The notes under the pieces were generated by a model. That model saw only the letters and a program-made list of their open reading frames with translations. It searched no databases and was not told the origin of the DNA. From the IMG/VR virus record IMGVR_UViG_3300032167_007646: a stretch of DNA of 64,000 nt. One strand, given 5' to 3'. A program made the position numbers and the translations under genes. The DNA is from a virus. Its lineage: Duplodnaviria > Heunggongvirae > Uroviricota > Caudoviricetes. Positions 58,053-64,000 of the stretch are shown piece by piece (position 1 is the first letter of the stretch; every line of letters starts with the position of its first letter).

Positions 58053-59600
58053 CTAATTTCCTATCTCTACTTCTACAATATATCTTATTTTATATCTGTT
58101 CTGATTATATACTATAAATTCATTATGAAATAAAGAATAATAATTTGTCTTAAACATTTGATAAAACTTTTCTTTACTTATCTTCAAATCTTTTGTTCCA
58201 CCAATACCCTTTATATCACAACCATACTTAAAAGCATCTTGACCTACACCCATAACACTATTACAACCCGTAGGTGCATGAGCAAAATTACGAGCATGCA
58301 TTTCCATGTGCATTTTACCTAATGCTACATCACATAATAACAAGAAATATCTATTACCTTTATTACGAGTACCACCAAAACGAGAAGTAGAATACTGTAA
58401 TGCTTTTGAATATTCTCCAAAATATACTCCTGGACCAAACATAGCGCCTGTCAACTGAATATTAGGTCCTAAATTTGCAGGAAGTTTAATACTTGTAGAT
58501 AAAATACCCAATAAATTTGCACCTCTAGTTCCATGAAATAATGAAACTACATTACCACAACTTGCATCAAATTGAGGTGCATTTAACTGATTTACCTCAT
58601 AAACATTTACTAATCTTGTTCTTAAATGGTGATTATCTAATTGTTCTTTCTTCATTTTCTCTTTAATTGAATTAAATATACCCTCATCTGTTACAAGAGT
58701 TATTTCACTATTTAACCCTTTATATTTTGTTGTAGTATCAACATCATAATTAGTATTTAATACAGCATTTGATAAACCTACTTCCAATATTTCCAATAAA
58801 TCATATTGTTCCATCAATTTTTCACCTGTATCTAATAACCAATCTGTTGAACCTCTACTTATAACACGAGGTATTGTCATATTATACATATTAGATAATT
58901 CTGCTATATCATTACGAAGTTTCTCAATATTCCTTTTAGCAGTCGCTAATTTATTTTGAACTTCACTTATTTGCTTTAATATTTCTCTACCCCTTAATAT
59001 CATTTTATGATTTATCATACCAAGAGGGTTTTCTGAACTTTGGAATTGTTCAGGATTTATAGACCTTTTAATAGTCTGATTAGCCTCAGCATAAATGGTT
59101 TCCACCAATTTTGATACTTTTGGAGAAATAGCTTTAATTTCTGTTTTCTTTTCTGGTTTTGTTGCCTTTAATTCCTCTGCTAACTCCTTATTTTTATCAA
59201 TTATACCCTTTGCAACATTACTATCTAAAACATTTTTCTCTGTTACAAAACCTTTTGCTGCTGCACTACAGTTAGGATAAATAGAAATGACTTCAACTTC
59301 TTGATAACCCTCTTTTAACCTTTTCTTACATTCATCCAAATAAATATTTTTTACCATTATCTCACTTGCAAATCTTCTAATTCTTGCCTGTATATCATCT
59401 GAACCTAAACGACCACTAGTTATTGCTAAATAACACATTTTTCCATCTTTTAGAATTTCTATATTACAAAATTTATTACTTACTTTATTAGTCTTTATAT
59501 CACCTTTTGAATAAATATAAGATGCTATTTTCATACATTCTACATTTACATTTGTATAAACTTTATCAATATCACCAATTATTTTTATATTATCAGCCAT
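58053..59600 (-). CDS. Poly(ADP-ribose) polymerase (WGR-like + regulatory + catalytic domains)
   Basis: SNKFC.IE...SGRLG (WGR-like); MYNMTIPR (regulatory); FHGTRG, GAMFGPGVYF, ALQYS, LLLCDVALGK, HNEFIVY (H-Y-E triad). Confidence 0.93.
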   Translation of the reverse strand: MADNIKIIGDIDKVYTNVNVECMKIASYIYSKGDIKTNKVSNKFCNIEILKDGKMCYLAITSGRLGSDDIQARIRRFASEIMVKNIYLDECKKRLKEGYQEVEVISIYPNCSAAAKGFVTEKNVLDSNVAKGIIDKNKELAEELKATKPEKKTEIKAISPKVSKLVETIYAEANQTIKRSINPEQFQSSENPLGMINHKMILRGREILKQISEVQNKLATAKRNIEKLRNDIAELSNMYNMTIPRVISRGSTDWLLDTGEKLMEQYDLLEILEVGLSNAVLNTNYDVDTTTKYKGLNSEITLVTDEGIFNSIKEKMKKEQLDNHHLRTRLVNVYEVNQLNAPQFDASCGNVVSLFHGTRGANLLGILSTSIKLPANLGPNIQLTGAMFGPGVYFGEYSKALQYSTSRFGGTRNKGNRYFLLLCDVALGKMHMEMHARNFAHAPTGCNSVMGVGQDAFKYGCDIKGIGGTKDLKISKEKFYQMFKTNYYSLFHNEFIVYNQNRYKIRYIVEVEIGN

Positions 59601-59621
59601 TTGTATTCACCCTCTTTCACA

Positions 59622-60014
59622 TTATACACCATATTCTCTTTTAATACGATTTTCTAAACTTTCTAAATAATTTGTTACACAACCTAATTGAAAATTTCTT
59701 GAAGTCCTATCCCTTCTACGAGCCGCATTCTCCCATAATCTCTTATGACCTAATACAGAACTTATATCTGAATGGAATAAACCATTTGTTGAAGTATAAT
59801 CTATAATTTCTTTATCAGTTCTACCATTAAATTCTATACCATTACTACTTAATATTGCTTTACACAAATTTAATAAAGATAAATCCATATTTTTAACTAT
59901 TTCATCACAATCTGAATTACCCCACCAATAAGGAGAATATCTATAACTTTCTACAAATATTCTCTGTTGTTTTGCATGTTCTATATAACTTTTCGCTGAC
60001 ATCATAATTATCAC
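59622..60014 (-). CDS. Hypothetical protein, paralog family D
   Basis: YIEHAKQQRIFVES...LLNLCK...LWENAARR. Confidence 0.78.
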   Translation of the reverse strand: MIIMMSAKSYIEHAKQQRIFVESYRYSPYWWGNSDCDEIVKNMDLSLLNLCKAILSSNGIEFNGRTDKEIIDYTSTNGLFHSDISSVLGHKRLWENAARRRDRTSRNFQLGCVTNYLESLENRIKREYGV

Positions 60015-60080
60015 CTTTTTTCTATTTATTTACTTTAAAATAAAATAAACTGTCATTTATTTATGCTCAAAAATTTTCTT

Positions 60081-60461
60081 TTATATTAATCTACATTCTT
60101 TTACTACTAATTTTTCAAAATTCTCCAACGCTTCAACAACATTCTCTAAATAATAATATCTACTTGTTTTACGTCTTGTTGCACCCTCCCATAAGTCTAT
60201 TTCACTTTTAACTCTATGCACAAATAGAGAATAATTCTGTCTTGAACCTACAAAAGTTATAATAGATTCTTCTGGCTCTTCTTGAAAAGGAATATTATTA
60301 TAAACCAACAAAATTTTACACAAATTTAAAAGGGCTAATTTCATATTCCTTTTAATATCATTAAATTCAGAACTACCTATATAATAAAAATCATCTCTAT
60401 GACTTTTTACAAATTCTTTTTGTTTTTGATAATGTTCAAAATATGTATTTAATGATAACAT
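60081..60461 (-). CDS. Hypothetical protein, paralog family D
   Basis: YFEHYQKQKEFVKS...LLNLCK...LWEGATRR. Confidence 0.78.
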   Translation of the reverse strand: MLSLNTYFEHYQKQKEFVKSHRDDFYYIGSSEFNDIKRNMKLALLNLCKILLVYNNIPFQEEPEESIITFVGSRQNYSLFVHRVKSEIDLWEGATRRKTSRYYYLENVVEALENFEKLVVKECRLI

Positions 60462-60479
60462 AAAATCAACCCCTAATTT

Positions 60480-61055
60480 TTATTTCTCATATCTTTGTGT
60501 TAATTCAAACATAAATTCATTTACACTTATCAAATCATAATAATGTTTTGTTGCTCTACCCTCACCTGTTGTTTTCTTCTTTACAGATTTACGAAGATTA
60601 GTCATCTCTTTTTGATAAGTTTTCTGTAATTCTTGACCTGATAAACCTAATGCTTGTAAATGTTTATACAAATTATCTCCAACAACTGTACCTGAAAAAT
60701 AACCTAATTTCTTTAATTCCTCTTTACTATAACTTTTTTCTTCTGGTACTTTCTTACCATTATTTATATAATCTGATACAGCTTTCAAAACATGTTCATC
60801 TTTATAATAATATTTTATACCATGACCCTCGCCAAACTTAAATTTGTCAGCAACTTTTTTTACATAATCAAAACATTCTCTATGCATTTCCAATGCTCTC
60901 TCATTTTGATATGTTCCACCACATACTGCATCTAAAATAAACGAACTTACCCTACTACCTGACATATAACCATTATTATGAGCGTCCTGTGGTGTAAAAA
61001 TCTTATTGCTATCTACACCTGGTATTAAAATTTTACCTTGCCTCATCACAATCAC
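60480..61055 (-). CDS. Hypothetical protein with two family-E (putative wHTH) repeats
   Basis: DAHNNGYMS...KYYYKDEHV and ELKKLGYFS...KHYYDLISV. Confidence 0.72.
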   Translation of the reverse strand: MIVMRQGKILIPGVDSNKIFTPQDAHNNGYMSGSRVSSFILDAVCGGTYQNERALEMHRECFDYVKKVADKFKFGEGHGIKYYYKDEHVLKAVSDYINNGKKVPEEKSYSKEELKKLGYFSGTVVGDNLYKHLQALGLSGQELQKTYQKEMTNLRKSVKKKTTGEGRATKHYYDLISVNEFMFELTQRYEK

Positions 61056-61058
61056 CCC

Positions 61059-61421
61059 TTAAAAATATAATGTTTTTATCATATTCTCTAATGTTAATAT
61101 TTCATATTGATGACTCTCACGCCATAATTGAACTTTATTATAATCATTATACCATTCCATACCTACACCTAATATACTTAAACTATCATGAAGTCCAGGT
61201 AATTTACTTATTTTCCAAGGCCTTCCTATCTCATCTACTACTAATTGCTTTATTAACTGAACATCCATACCATAATCTCTACCCATTAAATGAGCACAAA
61301 CTACTAATTTTGCCATACTTGAATTATCACCCGCACCCCAACTACCTAATGGATAACACTCTATAGCATTTAATAACTGCAATAAATCTACTTTATTTCT
61401 TCTTCCAAACATTATTATCAC
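61059..61421 (-). CDS. Hypothetical protein
   Basis: 120-aa ORF. Confidence 0.7.
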   Translation of the reverse strand: MIIMFGRRNKVDLLQLLNAIECYPLGSWGAGDNSSMAKLVVCAHLMGRDYGMDVQLIKQLVVDEIGRPWKISKLPGLHDSLSILGVGMEWYNDYNKVQLWRESHQYEILTLENMIKTLYF

Positions 61422-61424
61422 TCC

Positions 61425-61691
61425 TTATAAACTTAATCCTATATACAAAGTATTTGACTTATATTTATCTGATAACGCTTTATGATAATCACAAATAAAA
61501 TTCAACAAATACATACCATTTGGTAATCTATGTTCACCTGCTTTTAATAACTTTATTCTTATTTCTTCTACAATACCATTATCTGTTCTAACTTGATGAC
61601 AAGTAACACTAACATAACCATAAGGAACACCATTTTCTTTCAATGTACCCCTTATTTCATTTGCTATTGCCTTTACTCTACCTGATAACAT
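61425..61691 (-). CDS. Hypothetical protein, LPD29-like; paralog of 10427
   Basis: ANEIRGTLKENGVPYGYVSVTCH. Confidence 0.65.
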   Translation of the reverse strand: MLSGRVKAIANEIRGTLKENGVPYGYVSVTCHQVRTDNGIVEEIRIKLLKAGEHRLPNGMYLLNFICDYHKALSDKYKSNTLYIGLSL

Positions 61692-61702
61692 ATTAACACC
61701 TC

Positions 61703-62440
61703 TTATTCTGCATAAAATTCTTTTATTATACCTGCTATTCTTGGGGGAGCTACATAATCTTTATATTCATCCATTTTTGCTAAAAAAGTTAATTCTTTGA
61801 CAGTTAATTTTTTTGCTATATTTATGGCTGTGGATACACCATTAAAATCTTTTGTCATAGGTAAAGAACAATACACATTAAATGTTTTAGTAGAGGAAGT
61901 TGAAGGTGTTACTAAACCTATATAATATTTTTTATTTGAAGTATTTTTATTTACAGAAAAATCATCCAAATATTCAGTTAATTGAGTTATTTGAATAGAA
62001 ATGCGTTCAGAAAAAGTATCTACTGATTCATTAGCACGCTTTACTACCTCAAATTTAACTTTAACACTATTATTTTTTAAATAAAGGTCTTCCAAAATGG
62101 ATTTCCACTTCTTTTCTACAATAGAATTCTTCTCTTCAAAAGTTAAAGAAGTCCAACTTTCTTTAAAGCCTATTGAACCTTTATATTTACTATTACCATT
62201 CGTATAATAATTTTGTGCTAAACCATTTATCCACTCATTTATTCTAATATTTACACCATTTACAACAGTATTAAAACCATCTATATAACGACTTGAATAT
62301 GTATGATTTGTAGCATCATGCATATTATCAAATGTCATTTCAGGCACTTTGGGACTTTCTAATATTTCTTTTTTAGTACCTTTATATCTTTCACTTTTTT
62401 TATAGTCAACATTACCTAAATTTAAAGCCATATTAAACAC
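61703..62440 (-). CDS. Hypothetical protein
   Basis: 245-aa ORF. Confidence 0.75.
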   Translation of the reverse strand: MFNMALNLGNVDYKKSERYKGTKKEILESPKVPEMTFDNMHDATNHTYSSRYIDGFNTVVNGVNIRINEWINGLAQNYYTNGNSKYKGSIGFKESWTSLTFEEKNSIVEKKWKSILEDLYLKNNSVKVKFEVVKRANESVDTFSERISIQITQLTEYLDDFSVNKNTSNKKYYIGLVTPSTSSTKTFNVYCSLPMTKDFNGVSTAINIAKKLTVKELTFLAKMDEYKDYVAPPRIAGIIKEFYAE

Positions 62441-62488
62441 AACCTCTCTATATTTTTTAATTTTTTACATTTATTTTTTACCTTATCA

Positions 62489-62525
62489 ATGTCAATTAGG
62501 TTTGTGAAACAAACCTAATTGACAT
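62489..62525 (-). terminator. Strong hairpin / terminator
   Basis: 17-bp perfect inverted repeat atgtcaattaggtttgt/acaaacctaattgacat. Confidence 0.8.
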
Positions 62526-62534
62526 CGATTTTAT

Positions 62535-62927
62535 TTACGCTACCATATTCCAATTTACCAACAATTCTGGTAAATTTCTTACTACAGCATTATTTCTATA
62601 TAAATTCTCTAAACCACCTACAACATAAAACGAATTTGCTGTTACACCCAATATTTTACACGCTTCTTCAAAAGTAGGAATTTTATTAGTACTATAACCC
62701 ATAATACCATACATTGTTAAGATACAGTAATCATAACTATATGGGGAAGTCATAGAAGTAGCCTGCGCCATTAAAACTAACTTTGCATGCTTTTCTTCTA
62801 ACTCATAAGGTCTTTGTTTACGAGCAATAGGATAAGTTACCAATATCTTCTCAAATTGTTCTTTTATACTTTTTTTTGTTATTCTTTCATTTCTGGCTAA
62901 TTTTACATTCTCAAACATATTTACCAC
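62535..62927 (-). CDS. Hypothetical protein
   Basis: 130 aa; PTFEEACKILGV motif. Confidence 0.7.
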   Translation of the reverse strand: MVNMFENVKLARNERITKKSIKEQFEKILVTYPIARKQRPYELEEKHAKLVLMAQATSMTSPYSYDYCILTMYGIMGYSTNKIPTFEEACKILGVTANSFYVVGGLENLYRNNAVVRNLPELLVNWNMVA

Positions 62928-62932
62928 CCCTT

Positions 62933-63457
62933 TTATAGAATACCTAATTCATCTGCTATCACTTTATATACTTCAAAACACTTATAATCTCCTACAATGT
63001 CATTTTTATTTTCTATTCTTGGTATTCTTTTTATTATAATTTCAGTACGACTTTGACCAAACTTTAATTCACGAAGAATACCCCTAATACTTTTTTCATC
63101 TGTAATTTCATCCCCTAATTTAAATAAATCATATATCATATGAAAATAATGAAAATTTGAAAAGACATAAGGATTACGAGAATTATATAATTCATAAGCA
63201 TTTAATATTGCAAATATATCATTCTCATTATAATAATATATACCCTTTTTACCATTTGGAAACTTTATTTTCCTTACATTATTCTTTATGTAATATGCAC
63301 ATTTTTCTACATTCTCATTAAAATACATTATATTTATTTTACAAATACAAGCCTTTATTTGAACCATTAACTCTTTTACATCTATATACCCTAAACGCTT
63401 TGCATCAGCAAAACTTTGAATTTTTGAACCATCTACACAAGCAATTATTTCTTTCAT
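62933..63457 (-). CDS. Hypothetical protein, family E
   Basis: DAKRLGYID...KIKFPNGKKGIYYYNENDI. Confidence 0.72.
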   Translation of the reverse strand: MKEIIACVDGSKIQSFADAKRLGYIDVKELMVQIKACICKINIMYFNENVEKCAYYIKNNVRKIKFPNGKKGIYYYNENDIFAILNAYELYNSRNPYVFSNFHYFHMIYDLFKLGDEITDEKSIRGILRELKFGQSRTEIIIKRIPRIENKNDIVGDYKCFEVYKVIADELGIL

Positions 63458-63474
63458 ATATATACACCTACTTA

Positions 63475-63804
63475 TTATAAAATATCACCATATTTTTTTA
63501 CTACTTTATCCTTTAATGCTGCAGGATAAAAAGGTAGATGATTATAGCAATAATCATATACACTTATTGGATTACACAATGATTTAACTATACCTAACGA
63601 ATCTCTATTATCACAAATATAAATAAAATATTTTGCCTCTACTAAACCTAAATAATAAAAATCCTTATTACTTACCCTTTTATTTTCCTTTATATTTTTT
63701 ATTGATACACCAACCCTATCCACTACCAAATCAATATTCTTTTCATATAATTTCTTTGTTTCTCTTATATAATTACGCAAAGTCAATTCTTTCAATTTTA
63801 ACAA
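63475..63804 (-). CDS. Hypothetical protein (possibly family E)
   Basis: 109 aa; KDFYYLGLVE. Confidence 0.65.
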   Translation of the reverse strand: MLKLKELTLRNYIRETKKLYEKNIDLVVDRVGVSIKNIKENKRVSNKDFYYLGLVEAKYFIYICDNRDSLGIVKSLCNPISVYDYCYNHLPFYPAALKDKVVKKYGDIL

Positions 63805-63808
63805 CCCC

Positions 63809-64000
63809 TTATCTAAAGCGTTTATTATAAATCATTAACAATTCTCTTAATTCATAAATATTTCTATCACAACCAAATTTATCACATATCCAACCTATGT
63901 CTAAATAATTCTTCTTATTTAATCCTAATTTATCACACGATTCTTGATAATTAGGTAACATATCTACTTTATAATCTTTTATTCTACAAATTGTTTCCAT
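63809..64000 (-). CDS. Small hypothetical protein at window edge
   Basis: 63 aa; PNYQESCDKLGL resembles the 62535 motif. Confidence 0.55.
   Translation of the reverse strand: METICRIKDYKVDMLPNYQESCDKLGLNKKNYLDIGWICDKFGCDRNIYELRELLMIYNKRFR

Noticed and set aside
495-63830. About 30 plus-strand ORFs in the track (e.g. 495-944, 43066-43437, 39434-39820, 22600-22887, 49013-49246)
   Set aside because: Antisense shadows of real minus-strand genes: L/F/Y/H/I/S-rich composition, no RBS or promoter. Only 6132-6461 is supported.
1-64000. Stop-codon reassignment (as in some gut jumbo phages)
   Set aside because: Known proteins (PflB, GalE, RtcB, TrkH, PARP) are full length in the standard code; TAG and TGA occur as real stops; coding density is already high
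1-64000. CRISPR array, tRNA/rRNA genes, IS/transposase, integrase, DGR template/variable repeats
   Set aside because: No regularly spaced direct repeats, cloverleaf-like segments, or RT/recombinase motifs seen; the only near-identical DNA repeat is the TM2 duplication, which does not show adenine-specific variation

Overview
Very AT-rich (roughly 25-30% GC by eye), gene-dense 64 kb window in which essentially every real gene is on the minus strand; the single exception is 6132-6461. It looks like part of a jumbo phage or giant extrachromosomal element of a clostridial (Bacillota) host, not ordinary chromosome. Evidence: long runs of short hypothetical genes, at least six locally expanded paralog families, four orphan DNA methyltransferases, RtcB, and phage/MGE-type domains (DUF6900, LPD29-like, DUF5662-like). 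Mixed in are isolated host-like genes: galE, pflB (no pflA), a cdaA-cdaR fusion, trkA/trkH, mgtC, an ABC exporter and a sortase-pilus locus. No virion, integrase, transposase, tRNA, rRNA or CRISPR feature was recognised, so phage versus megaplasmid cannot be settled here. Top candidates for new biology: (1) a full WGR-regulatory-catalytic PARP with an intact H-Y-E triad, in an operon with a 1260-aa Zn-finger/repeat protein, plus a bacterial-type PARG and a NUDIX hydrolase on the same replicon, i.e. a possible self-contained poly-ADP-ribosylation cycle; (2) a recurrent intergenic motif (minus strand TTTGGACATAA) upstream of about 13 transcription units, mutually exclusive with 8 near-perfect sigmaA promoters, suggesting a two-tier transcription programme; (3) an unrecognised ~120-aa domain family (MAxSP...Y-x-x-x-GW) amplified to 8 copies around a K+ transport cassette; (4) a c-di-AMP synthase-regulator fusion coupled to an HD-type gene. 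All family assignments come from motif recognition by eye, not database searches.
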